A stretch of 64,000 bases of DNA, from assembly GCF_963921235.1 (NCBI RefSeq), contig NC_086100.1, positions 200,758,001 to 200,822,000 on the forward strand, written 5' to 3'. A model generated the notes under the pieces. The model did not search any database and was not told the origin of the DNA. It worked only from the letters and a program-made list of their open reading frames with translations. The position numbers were made by a program, and so were the translations under genes. Positions 11,093 to 24,367 of the stretch are shown piece after piece. Each line of letters starts with the position of its first letter. Within the stretch, counting starts at the first letter, position 1. The DNA is from Mobula hypostoma. Taxonomy: Eukaryota.

Positions 11093-13182
11093 ATAGAACG
11101 GTTGCAGAGGAGATTTACAAGGATGTTGCCTGGATTGGGGAGCATGCCTTATGAGAATAGGTTAGGTGAATTTGGCCTTTTCTCCTTGGAGCAACGGAGG
11201 ATAAGGGGTGACCTGATAGAGGTGTACGAGATAATGAGAGGCATTGATCGTGCTGATAGCTGGAGGCTTTTCCCCAGGGCTGAAATGGCTAGTACGTGAG
11301 GGCACAGTTTTAAGGTGCTTGGAAGTAGGTACAGAGCTGATATCGGGGTAAATTTTTAATGCAGAGAGTGGTGAGTGCGGGCACTGGGAAGACATTGGCG
11401 GACAGGATTAAGGAAAACCCCAAGACATTCTACAAGTATATGAAGAGCAAGAGAGCAAGATGTGAGAGAATAGGTACAATCAAGTGAGATAGTGGAAAAG
11501 CGTGTATGGAACTGGAGGAAACAGCAGTGGTACTTAATGAATACTTTGCTTCAGTATTCACTATAGAAAAGGATCTTGGCGATTGTAAGGATGACTTGCA
11601 GTGGACTGAAAAGCTTGAGAATGTAGATATTAAGAAAGAAGATCTGCTGGAACTTTTGGAAAGCATCAAGTTAGATAAGTCACCAGAACTGGACAGGATG
11701 TAGCCCAGGCTACTGTGGGAAGCAAGGGAGGAGATTGCTGAGCCTCTGGCAATGATCTTTGCATCATCAATGAGGACGGGAGAGGTTCCTGAGGATTGCA
11801 GGGTTGCAGATGTTGTTGCCTTATTTAAGAAAGGGAGTAGAGATATCCCAGGAAATTATAGGCCAGTGAGTCTTACTTCAGTGGTTGGAGAAGATCCTGA
11901 GAGGCAGGATTTATGAACATTTGGAGAGGCATAATATGATTAAGGATAGTCAGCGTGGCTTTGTCAAAGGCAGGTCGTGCTTTACGAGCTTGATTGAATT
12001 TTTTGAGGATGTGACTAAGCACATTGATGAAGGTCGAGCCATGGATGTAGTGTATATGGATTTTAGCAAAGCATTTGATAAGTTACCCCAAGCATGGCTT
12101 ATTGAGAAAGTAAGGAGGCATGGGACACAAGGGGACATTACTTTGTGGATCCAGAACTGGCTTTCCCACAGAAGGCAAAGAATGGTGGTAGACGCGTCAT
12201 ATTCTGCATGGAGGCCGGTGACCAGTAGTATGCCTAAGGGATCTGTTCTGGGACCCATTCTCTTTGTGATTTTTATAAATGACCTGGATGAGGAAGTGGA
12301 GGGATGGGTTAGTAAGTTTGCTGATGACACAAAGGTTGGGGGTGTTGTGGATAGTGTGGAGGGCTGTCAGAGGTTACAACGGGACATTGATAGGATGCAA
12401 AACTGGGCTGAGAAGTGGCAGATGGAGTTCAACCCAGTTAAGTGTGAGGTGGTTCATTTTGGTAGGTTACATATGATGGCAGAATATAGTATTAATGGTA
12501 AGACCCTTGGCAGTGTGGAGGATCAGAGGGATCTTGGGGTCTGAGTCCATAGGACACTCAAAGCTGCTGTGCAGGTTGACTCTGTGGTTAAGAAAGCATA
12601 CGGTGTATTGGCCTTCATCAATTGTGGTATTGAGTTTAGGAGCCGAGAGGTAATGTTGCAGCTATATAGGACCCTGGTCAGACCTCTTGGAGTACTGTGC
12701 TCAGTTGTGGTCGCCTCACTACAGGAAGGATGTGGAAACCATAGAAAGGGTGCAGAGGAGATTTACAAGGATGTTGCCTAGATTGGGGAGCAATAGGTTG
12801 AGTGAACTCGGTCTTTTCTCCTTGGAGCGACAGAGGATGAGAGGTGACTTGATAGAGGTGTACAAGATAATGAGAGGCATTGATCATGTGGATAATCAGA
12901 GGCTTTTCCCCAGGGCTGAAATAGCTAGCACGAGAGGGCTTAGTTTTAAGGTGCTTGGAAGTAGGTACAGAGGAGATGTCATGGGTAAGTTTTTTTTACG
13001 CAGAGAGTGGTGAGTGCGTGGAATGGGCTGCCAGTGGCAGTGGTGAAGGTGGAAACAATAGGAGCTTAGAAAAATAGAGGGCTATGGGTAAAACCTAAGT
13101 AGTTCTAAGGTAGGGACATGTTCGGCACAGCTTTGTGGACCAAAGGGCCTGTATCGTGCTTTATGTTTTCTATGTTTCTATG
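11093..13182 (+). mobile_element. Two adjoining CR1 ORF2 fragments (11093-11380, 11381-13182)
   Basis: VQRRFTRMLPG, DFSKAFDK, SKFADDTK motifs; (ttctatgt) tail at ~13165-13182; stops and frameshifts. Confidence 0.9.
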
Positions 13183-13997
13183 AGACAGGTATTCCAGGTG
13201 CAGCCTCACCAGTACCCTGTATAGTTACAGCATAACCTCCCTGCTCTTAAATTCGATCCCTCGGGCAATGAAGGCCAACATTCCATTTACCTTCTTGATA
13301 GCCTGCTGCACCTGCAAACCAACCTTTTGTGATTCGTGCACAAGCACTCCCAAGTCCCTCTGCACTTCTTGCAATTTTTTAACCATTTAAATAATAATCT
13401 GCTCTTTCATTTTTCTTTCCAAAGTGGAAGTCCTCACATTTGCCAACATTGTACTCCATCTGCCAGACCCTTGCACACTCACTTAAACTATCTGATCACT
13501 CACTTAACCTATCTTAGATCAGTTACCCTGACCTCAGAGGTTGAGAAGATGTTAAGAGTCAATTGTCAAGGATGAGGTGATGGAGTACTTGGTGACATGG
13601 GACAAGATAGGACAAAATCTGCATGGTTTCATTCAGGGAAGATCTTGCCTCAGGAACCTGTTGGAATTCTTTGAGGAATTACAAGTAGGATAGATAAAGA
13701 GGATGCAGTGGATGTTGTATATTTGGACTTTCAGAAGGCCTTTGACAAGGTGCCACACATGAGGCTGCTTGCCAAATTAAGAGCCTATGCTATTACAGGA
13801 AAGTTACTAGCATGGTTAAAGCATTGGCTGATTGGTAGGAGGCAGCGAGTGGGAATAAAAGGACTCTTCCTTGGTTGGCTGCTAGTCTCTAGGGGTGTTT
13901 CGCAGGGGTTGGTGTCAGGACCACTTCTTTTTATGCTGTATATCAATGATTTAGATGATGGAATAGATGGCTTTGCTTCCAAGTTTGCAAATGATAC

Positions 13998-16900
13998 TGT
14001 TACGTACCCCGTAACTGGGTTGCCAAACCAGCAGAAATGGATCACTCAGTTGGAGTCTGGATTACTAGAACTAAGAAAGTTTTATTAAAGAAACAAGCAA
14101 CACAGTAATCGAAAGGATAATAAATGCAACAGTTCAGCAATGATAAACACACATGTGCACAGAATTAAGCTAACAGCATCAATCAAGCTCTATCGTTGTC
14201 TAGGGGTAAATGACCAATTTCAAAGTGACACAAAGTTCAGTCCAATTTAGTTCAGTTCGCAGTAATCGTTGCCCTGGCGATGGACAATGTGGGGGGAGGG
14301 AGAGAGAGAACGGGAACGACTGATCATTCAGAAACAGCTTCCACTCACAGACTAGCGAGATGGCTCACAAGCAGCTTTCGGGCGGGTCCTTTGTGATGTC
14401 ACCTGAGGTCACCGACTGTGACCCCTCCTCCAGATGTGGTCGATCCTCTGCAGTGAACCCAGCACCCAAGCGAGGGTGGACACACAGCGGGTTCCCGCTG
14501 ATCGTACCTTTCCACCCTGTGCGTTTATGGCCCGGTACTTTCCACCGACTTGTGAGAGGCGCACCGCTTCCAGGGTCTCGTTACCTCGGGTGTCGTGTGT
14601 GTCCTGCCTTAGCGAACCTGTCCCTTTTTATCTTCATAGAAACATAGAAACATAGAAAATAGGTGCAGGAGTAGGCCATTCGGCCCTTCGAGCCTGCACT
14701 GCCATTTATTATGATCATGGCTGATCATCCAACTCAGAACCCAGCCTTCCCTCCATACCCCCTGACCCCTGTAGCCACAAGGGCCATATCTAACTCCCTC
14801 TTAAACATAGCCAATGAACTGGCCTCAACAGTTTGCTGTGGCAGAGAATTCTACAGATTCACCACTCTCTGTGTGAAGAAGTTTTTCCTAATCTCGGTCC
14901 TAAAAGGCTTCCCCTCTATCCTCAAACTGTGACCCCTCGTTCTGGACCTCCCCAACATCGGGAACAATCTTCCCGCATCTAGCCTGTCCAATCCCTTTAG
15001 GATCTTATACATTTCAATCAGATCCCCCCTCAATCTTCTAAATTCCAACGAGTACAAGCCCAGTTCATCCAGTCTTTCTTCATATGAAAGACCTGCCATC
15101 CCAGGAATCAATCTGGTGAACCTTCTTTGTACTCCCTCTATGGCAAAGATGTCTTTCCTCAGATTAGGGGACCAAAACTGCACACAATACTCCAGGTGTG
15201 GTCTCACCAAGGCCTTGTACAACTGCAGTAGTACCTCCCTGCTCCTGTACTCGAATCCTCTCGCTATAAATGCCAACATACCATTTGCCTTTTTCACCGC
15301 CTGCTGTACCTGCATGCCCACTTTCAATGACTGGTGTATAATGACACCCAGGTCTCGTTGCACCTCCCCTTTTCCTAATCGGCCACCATTCAGATAATAA
15401 TCTGTTTTCCTATTTTGCCAGTAAAGTGGATAACTTCACATTTATCCACATTAAATTGCATCTGCCATGAGTTTGCCCACTCACCCAACCTATCCAAGTC
15501 ACCCTGCATCCTCTTAGCATCCTCCTCACTGCTAACACTGCCACCCAGCTTTGTGTCATCCGCAAACTTGGAGATGCTGCATTTAATTCCCTCATCCAAG
15601 TCATTAATATATATTGTAAACAACTGGGGTCCCAGCACTGAGCCTTGCGGTACCCCACTAGTCACCGCCTGCCATTCTGAAAAGGTCCCGTTTATTCCCA
15701 CTCTTTGCTTCCTGTCTGCTAACCAATTCTCCACCCACACCAATATCTTACCCCCAATACCGTGTGCTTTAAGTTTGCACACTAACCTCCTGTGTGGGAC
15801 CTTGTCAAAAGCCTTTTGAAAATCCAAATATACCACATCCACTGGTTCTCCCCTATCCACTCTACTAGTTACATCCTCAAAAAATTCTATGAGATTCGTC
15901 AGACATGATTTTCCTTTCACAAATCCATGCTGACTTTGTCCGATCATTTCACCGCTTTCCAAATGTGCTGTTATCACATCCTTGATAACTGACTCCAGCA
16001 GCTTCCCCACCACCGACGTTAGGCTAATGGGCCTATAATTCCCCGGTTTCTCTCTCCCTCCTTTTTTAAAAAGTGGGGTTACATTAGCCACCCTCCAATC
16101 CTCAGGAACTAGTCCAGAATTTAACGAGTTTTGAAAAATTATCACTAATGCATCCACTATTTCTTGGGCTACCTCCTTAAGCACTCTAGGATGCAGACCA
16201 TCTGGCCCTGGGGATTTATCTGCCTTCAATCCCTTCAATTTACCTAACACCACTTCCCTACTAACATGTATTTCACTCAGTTCCTCCATCTCACTGGACC
16301 CTCTGTCCCTTACTATTTCTGGAAGATTATTTATGTCCTCCTTAGTGAAGACAGAACCAAAGTAATTATTCAATTGGTCTGCCATGTCCTTGCTCCCCAT
16401 AATCAATTCACCTGTTTCTGTCTGCAGGGGACCTACATTTGTCTTTATCAGTCTTTTCCTTTTTACATATCTATAAAAGCTTTTACAGTCCGTTTTTATG
16501 TTCTCTGCCAGTTTTCTCTCATAATCTTTTTTCCCCTTCCTAATTAAGCCCTTTGTCCTCCTCTGCTGAACTCTGAACTTCTCCCAGTCCTCAGGTGAGC
16601 CACTTTCTCCGGCTAATTTGTATGCTACTTCTTTGGAATTGATACTATCCCTAATTTCTCTTGTCAGCCACGGGTGCACTACCTTCCTTGATTTATTCTT
16701 TTGCCAAACTGGGATGAACAATTGTTGTAGTTCATCCATGCAACCTTTAAATGCTTGCATGCTGGGGTATCACCTGTCCATCACTTCAAACAGTTCAGGG
16801 TTCAAAGGGGGAGCCGCTCTTGACAATACCCAGACTGATGGCTCCTTCATTAACATCTCCAAATGCTGCTCCATTGTTCCTTATCTCTCCCTCCCCTGAG

Positions 16901-19900
16901 GGCAGGTGGCAGACCAACTGCTGATGCCACTGGTGCAAGCCCAGGCCAGCAAACATCTTAATTTATGTGTATTCTCATCACACTTCCCCCCTTTAAGGAT
17001 TTTTACTGGGGTAAAAATTACAAACATGAGTACATTATTTGATATACACAAATATACATCTTTATCAGCTATTTGGCTAATACAGAGAATTTGAAGTTGT
17101 CAGCACCTTGACAGACAGTCAGTAATCACATTTCCGTCCTTTTTATATGTGTTATTAATAATCCCTTAGACCAGGCTCCAACTCAGCAAACTTCATAGTG
17201 GCCAAAAACACTGATGAATTGCGATCCATGTAACCTCTCATTTGGTTTTGTCCTGGACCACAATAACAAGGGTCGTCCCATTCCGACTCGGTTTTCTCTC
17301 GCAAGGGCTTAGTAGGAGGGGGAGGGATAGTGACTGCAGAGTTATTGCAAAACTTCCTACAGTACCCCACCTTCTCCAAGAGCCTTCTGAGGGCCCTCTT
17401 ATCTGTCAGGGTTGGGAGGTCAGCGATAGCCTGCACTGTAGCTTGCATCGCTGCCAGCTGCCCCTGCGTCACCACAATTCCCAGGTAAGTGACCTTCATG
17501 TGGCCGAACTCATTTTTTTCAAGGTTCACTATCAAGCTGGCTTCAGACAGCCGTATTAAATTGCCAATACACACCTCTGTGTTCGTCAGCCCTTTAGTCA
17601 CTGAATTACTCATTATATATGAATGTTGTTTACTAGGCTTACCTATTGTAACAGACACCCCCCAACGTCCCAGTTCTTTGCATCGCCTCGGGACAATCAA
17701 ACACACGGGTGCGAGTCGTTTAATTACTTCTTCTAAAGAGCAGCTTTGTTCGGGGATTAAGGGAGAGACCTTATCAGTAGACCTGGCCAAAACAATAGCC
17801 TTCTCCCATCTGATCGATCCCATACTAATCTTTTCAAAATGGTTTTTTTCTCTTATCAGGGGGCCCCTAGCTTCATTGATTTCCACGCTAACACCGACTA
17901 GGTTTGTTAGCATATCAAAAGCTGGTGACCGTCTCAGTTCGCGTCGATCATGATCAATAACATTCTTCCCCCGGGCAGCCGGTAAACCTCTTTCATGATT
18001 CCACCAACTATTTCCTCCAGCACCGCAAAATGTCCACCGGGGGGTACCTCGTGGGCCAGGTTAAAAATCTCATCCTCATAACTCTTTTCCACCACCCCCC
18101 CATTCCTCATCTGCGGGTACTGTACTAGATTTCCCTTTCTTCCTTAGCACTTCCTCCTCCGCACAATAGCCTACTAGTTCCCTTGTTAAGGCTGTGTCAG
18201 AGAGAGCTGTCTCTGCCGAAACCATCAGCCCCTCGTCTCGCTCCCGCGTCTGCACAAATTCTTTCCTGGCTACTGCTACGTCCGTCCCAGCTCCCTCACT
18301 ACCTCTTGTCTCACCACACTCCTTCTTTTCATTTTCTACCCCCGTCTCATACAAGACTGTCCCGTGATGAACCTGTGAGTCCATGGGCGGGGCCTCAATG
18401 CTGGCAGGCTGACCTGTCAATCTCATGACTGGGAACACGATTCCCCCGGCGACGTCATTACCGAGCAAGACTTCCACGCCTTTCATCGGTAATTCGGACC
18501 TCACCCCGATCGTGACTAGTCCAGAGACCAGGTTGCTTTGTAAGTGTATCTGGTGCAAAGGGACTGATTCTGTCCCTTCCCCAACACCTTTGACCTCTAC
18601 CTCCCCAGTCTGGGTCTCTGAGCTAAACTCTAATACACTCTTCAGTATTAGTGACTGACACGCTCCCGTGTCTCTCCAGATCCGCACTGGAACTGGTTTT
18701 AACCCCTCCTTCACTGATACCAATCCGGCCGAGATAAACTTCTCGAGCCCTTCCTGAACTTTGGCAGACCTGTCCTTCCCTAGCGGTTCGCTTAACAGCT
18801 CGATACAGCCAGTCAAAATCGCCGTTTTCCCTTTTCCCGTCTCCTTCTTTAGGGCAAAGCACCTGGACGCAAAGTGTCCGACTTTCCCGCAATTATAACA
18901 GACGACCCCAGGGGACTTCCTACCAGACTGCTCCCGGTCTACCTTATCCTTTTCACTAGTCCCCGGCTTACTTTCTGACTTTTCCGGCGGACTCTCCCCG
19001 CCGTCCTGACTACCCTTCTGGTAGCCTTTAACGTGGCTGCCTCTTTCTCATCGAGGTAGGGTCTCATACCCTCAGGGACACAACCTTTAAACTGCTCAAT
19101 CAGGATCATTTGTAGCAGTCTGTCATAATCCCCCTCTACCCCCTTCGAGGCGCACCAACGCTCACAATATGTCTGCATCTCACGGGCAAACTCCAAATAC
19201 GTGCGGTCCCACTGCTTCCTCGCATTCCGGAACCTCTGCCGGTATGCCTTCGGGACCAACTCATAAATCCTGAGGATGGCCTCTTTCACCACCTCATACC
19301 TCTGGGCATCTTCCGCGGACAAAGCGGAGTAAGCTTCTTGGGCTTTCCCTTTCAGTACACTCTGAAGTAAAACAGCCCACTTATCCCTCGACCAGTCCTG
19401 ACTTATAGCCACTTTTTCGAAGTGGAGAAAGTACCGATCCACGTCGGTATCGTCAAATGGGGGAACCAGCCTAACCTCCTGGGTCGCCCGGAACCCTCCA
19501 CCTTGATTCGGCACGAGCCCCTGCTCTGCCCTTAACCTTAACTTTTCCAATTCGAATTCCCTTTCCCTCTGTTTCTCTTCTCTCTCCAACTGTCTCTCTC
19601 TCTCTTTCTCTTCTCTTTCCAACTGTCTCTCTCTCTCTTGCCTTTCTACCCCTCTCTCCTTCTTTTCTCTCTCCAACTGTCGTACCCGGAACTCGTGCTC
19701 GAGTCTCAGTTTTTCAAGCTGCACCTGTACCGCGTCTCCAGCAAGTTTTTCAATAGACACCACCCCCAGCTCGCCTTGGGGAAACATACCTTTAGAGACA
19801 TAGTGCTCTACAATAGCTCTGTGTATCTCCTCTCTCCCCATTGTCGACTTCCCCTTAGCAAGATTCAACCATTTGGCCACAGCTACCAATTCCGATTTCC

Positions 19901-20920
19901 TGGCATCCTCTAATGCTTCCAAGGTCGGCGCCTTTATAAATTCCTCAGCCTCCATTTCTGCTGTTTGTCTTTTCTTTCTTTCGGGAATTTTAACCCAATC
20001 AATTTACTCCGTCCCAAATTTAGCATTCAAAATCGCGGACGAGAACCCCACTTATGTTACGTACCCCGTAACTGGGTTGCCAAACCAGCAGAAATGGATC
20101 ACTCAGTTGGAGTCTGGATTACTAGAACTAAGAAAGTTTTATTAAAGAAACAAGCAACACAGTAATCGAAAGGATAATAAATGCAACAGTTCAGCAATGA
20201 TAAACACACATGTACACAGAATTAGGATAACAGCATCAATCAAGCTCTATCGTTGTCTAGGGCTAAATGACCAAATTTCAAAGTGACTCAAAGTTCAGTC
20301 CAGTTTAGTAGTTCAGTTCGCAGTAATCGTTGCCATGGCGATGGACAACGTGGGGGGGGAGAGAGAGAGAGAACAGGAACAACTGATCATTCAGAACGGC
20401 TTCACTCACAGACCGGCGAGATGGCTCACAAGCAGCTTTCGGGCTGGTCCTTTGTGATGTCACCTGAGGTCACCGACTGTGACCCCTCCTCCAGATGCGG
20501 TCGATCCTCTGCAGTGAACCCGGCACCCAAGCGAGGGTGGACACACAGCGGGTTCCCGCTGATCGTACCTTTCCAGCCTGTGCGTTTAAGGTCCGATACT
20601 TCCTACCAACTCGTGAGAGGCGCACCGCTTCCAGGGTCTCGTTACCTCAGGTGTCGTGTGTGTTCTGCCTTAGCGAACCTGTCCCTTTTTATCCCCCTGC
20701 TGGGGTATCGCCTGTCCATCACTTCAAACAGTTCAGGGTTCAAAGGGGGAGCCGCTCTTGACAATACCCAGACTGATGGCTCCTTCATTAACATCTCCAA
20801 ATGCTGCTTCATTGTTCCTTATCTCTCCTTCCCCTGAGGACAGATGGCAGACCAACTGCTGATGCCACTGATGCTAGCCCAGGCCAGCAAACAGCTTAAT
20901 TTATGTGTATTCTCGTCACA
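13998..20920 (-). mobile_element. Internally deleted Gmr1-like Ty3/Gypsy LTR retrotransposon with SCAN-type gag
   Basis: TG...CA LTRs 20055-20920 and 13998-16982 (the latter split by a CR1); TSD ATAC at 13994-13997 and 20921-20924; tRNA-Pro-like PBS 20031-20050; PPT TTAAAGGGGGGGAAG 16983-16997; gag 19955-18939 (YFLHFEKVA..W...GKAQEAY...YRQRFR...ILIEQF); zinc knuckle ~18860-18905; protease RDTGA; only remnants of IN/RT. Confidence 0.93.
14633..16759 (-). mobile_element. Young 5'-truncated CR1 inside the 3' LTR
   Basis: ORFs 15390-16760 and 14851-15363 (one frameshift at ~15415) with the full RT motif set; (acatagaa)n tail. Confidence 0.93.
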
Positions 20921-21939
20921 ATACAAAGATTGTTGAAGGGGCAGGTAGCGTTGAGGAAACAGGTAGGCTGCAGAAGGACTTGGACAGATTAGGAGAATGG
21001 ACAACAAAGTGGCAAATGAAATACAATGTTGGAAAATGCATGGTTATGCACTTTGGTAGTAGAAATAAATGTGCAGACTATTTTCTAAATGGGGAGAAAA
21101 TTTAAAATTCTGGGATGCAAAGGGACTTGGGAGTCCTCGTGCAGAACACCCTAAAGGTTAACTTACAGGTTGAGTCAGTGGTGAGGAAGGAGTATGCATT
21201 CATTTCAAGAGGTCTAGAATATAAGAGCAAGGATGTGATGTTGAGGCTTTATAAGGCACTGGTGAGGCCTCACCTTGAGTATTGTCAACAGTTTTGGGCT
21301 TCTCATTGAAGAAAAATTGTGCTAGCATTGGAGAGGGCTCAGATGAGGTTCACAAGGATGATTGCAGGAACAAAAGGTTTTTCATATGAGGAAAGTAATG
21401 ATAGCTCTAGGATTGTACTTGCTGAAATTTAGAAGGATGGTGGGGGACAGGGGGAGAGATGGAATCTCATTGAAACCTGTTAAATGTTGTAAGGCCTAAA
21501 ATGATTAGATGTGGAAAGGATGCTTCCCTTGGTGGGGGAGTCTAAGACAAGAGGACATGGCCTCAGGGTAGAGTGGCATCCATTTGAAACAGAGAAACAG
21601 AGAAATTTCTTCAGCCAGGTGGTGGAGAATTTGGTACCACAGGCATCTGTGGAGGTCAGGTCGTTGGGTATATTTAAGGCAGAACATGATAGGTTCTTGA
21701 TTGGCCATGGCATCAAAGGTTACAAGGAGAAGGCTGGAGAGTGGGGCTAAGGAGGGTAGAAAAGGATCTGACATGATTGAATAGTGCAGCAGACTCCATG
21801 GGCCAGATGGCCTAGTTCTACTCTTATGTTTTATGGTAAAAGAGTAAACATTCAACCTTACAGGTCTCAGCCCAAAATACCGACTGTTCACTCTTTTCCA
21901 GCGATGCTTCCTGGCCTGCCGATTTCCTTCAACATTGTG

Positions 21940-23095
21940 TGCGTATGATATTTTCATCCAGGTAATTTACATACATCACAAACAGCAAAAGTCCCAGCAC
22001 AGATTGCTGTTCAACACCTCTAATTACAGATCTCCAACTCAAATAAGTCCCTTCAACCACCACCCTCTGTCTTCCATGCACAAGGCAGTTCTGAATTCAA
22101 ACAGCCAATTCGCCGTGGATCCCATGTATCTGCATCTTCTAGATTAGCCTCCAAATGAAGGACTTTATCTAACACCTTATGAAAATCCATGTAGACAACA
22201 TCCTCTGCCGCAACCTCATCAATCTCTCTTGTCACCTTATCAAAAAACTCAATCAGTTGGTCAGGCACAACTTGTCATGTCCAAAGCCCTGCTGGTTCTT
22301 TCTAATTAGGCTACGGGTGTCCGAATGCTCCTATATCCTATCCCTAAGAATTTTCTCCAGCAGCTTCCCTACAGCTGACGTGAGACTCAGTGGTCTATGG
22401 TTCCCAGGATTTTCCTTTGCACCCATCTAAACGAAGGTACTACACTCACCAGTCCCCCAAAGCCTCACTTGTAGCTAGAGAGGGCACAAAGATACTGGTC
22501 AAGGCCCAGCAATCTTGTCTCTTGCCTCCTTCAATGACCTCTGGTATCTCATCCTGGGGATTTATCCACCTTAATACTTGTTAGGAAAGCAAACATTTCC
22601 TCCTCCTTGACCTCTAAATGCCCCAACCTATTTATACATATATATTTATAGCACTGCTGTTCTTCTCTTCTTTGTCCTTTTGGGCAAACACTGAAGCAAA
22701 GTTCTCATTAAGTACCTCATTCACATTCTGTGCATCCAAGCAAATGTTCTCCCTTTATCCTCGAGTGGTCCCACCCTCTCCCCATTGATCCTCTTGCTCT
22801 TGCTGCCTCCCAATTCACCTTAATGCTAATGCCAAGGACTTTTCATGGCCCCTCCTGGCCTTCCTAATACCCTTCTTTAGTTCTTTTCTGGCTTCTTTAT
22901 AATCCCCATGTGGTAAGTGGGGAGTGTGAGAAGTTTCTCTCATCTTTCCATCCCTGTTCTTCCTTCTAACTGGAATATAACTTTCCTATACTCGATGCAA
23001 TTGATTTTTAAACACCATCCACATACCTGATGTGGACTTGCCAACAACAAAACTGTCCCAATAACTCTCCTTAGATCCTGCCTAATGCCCTCATG
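21940..23095 (-). mobile_element. Degenerate CR1 fragments
   Basis: LIEFFDKVT, DVVYMDF and related motifs on minus. Confidence 0.7.
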
Positions 23096-23660
23096 GGACG
23101 TATAGGGTGTCAGGGAGGGGTAGCACCTCTGGTGTGAAGATCTGGTGCAACTTCTGAGGTAGGTCCTCCACCTTTGGTCCTTACCTGTGGCTCCAAGCAA
23201 GCTGTTTGCATGTGACAACGGCCACAGCCCAGGCAACATTAGCTTTGACAGGCCGGCCATACCAGGTGAGAGCGACTGTCGGGTTTCTTTCTGAACCCCC
23301 AGTAACTTTGGCCTTGTCCACCCAAACCACATGAAGGCTGGATTCAGTCGACAACACAGAGAGGAAACCACTAGTGTTACAACAATCACCCTTTGTAATA
23401 ATGATCAGAGAGACACAGAGAGATCTGTAACTACTGATAAATACCTTTATTGGCTCCACAGAAGAGCACGTGAACATACTCTCTCAATACATGTGTGCAC
23501 ACCAATTAAACTTTCCTGACCTTCCATGAACAGGCAAACAACAGAAAAGATACTTCCTGTTAAAAAGGAGTTTCTGCTGCTGGCAACGTGTTCCTCATAG
23601 TTCCATTTGAAATCCCCATGTGTCTGTGGGGAACCTCACATCCATGTTAGTTGTTCTCCT

Positions 23661-24285
23661 AGAGGTGCAGAGGGATTTAGGAGTCCTTGTCAAGACTCTC
23701 AGAAGGTTAATTTACAGGTTGAGTCTGTGGTAAAGAAGCCAAATGCAATGTTGCCATTTATTTCAAGGGTAATGGAATATAAAAACAAGGAGATAATGCT
23801 GAGCCTTTATAAGACACTAGTCAGATCACACTTGGAGTATTGTCAACAATTTTGGGCCCCGTATCTCAGAAAGGATGTGTTGTCATTGGAGAGAGTCCAG
23901 AGGAAGTTCACGAGGATGATTCGGGGAACGAAGACATTAACATATGAGGAGTGTTTGACAGATTTGGGTCTGTGCTCACTGGAATTTAGAAGAATGCGGG
24001 GGTGGGGAGTCCTCATTGCAACCTACTGGATGTTGGAAGGACTGGATAAGATGGACGTGGAAAGGATGTTTTCTATGGTGGGGTACCCAGAACTACAAAT
24101 CAGCCTCAAAATTGAGGGATGACCCTTTAGAACAGAAACTGGGAGAAATTTTTTTTAGTCGGGCCATCAAGGGATATGGTGAGAGGGCAGGTCTATGGAG
24201 TAGAATGGGATCCAGGATCAGCCATGATGAAATGATGCTGTGGACTCGATGGGCTGAATGGCCTAATTCTGCTCCTGTGTCTTAT
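23661..24285 (+). mobile_element. CR1 3' fragment within the solo LTR
   Basis: LVRSHLEYCQQFWAP, VQRKFTRMI motifs and 3' UTR. Confidence 0.85.
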
Positions 24286-24367
24286 GACTTCTTATTTGGA
24301 ATTGATCCTAAGTTCAGCATATTACCTGAGGCATTATTGTGTCTTCTTTAGAACACTGTAGTTCTTT

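Larger units (their letters stand above)
13516..21835 (+). mobile_element. CR1 split by the LTR element at 13998-20920
   Basis: RT reads SKFANDT up to 13997 and resumes (T)KIVEG...MKYNVGKC at 20921; 3' tail at ~21820-21835. Confidence 0.88.

Noticed and set aside
20283..20837. 184-aa ORF within the LTR
   Set aside because: Starts at a non-ATG codon, has no recognisable domain, and its 5' part is not maintained as one ORF in the other LTR.
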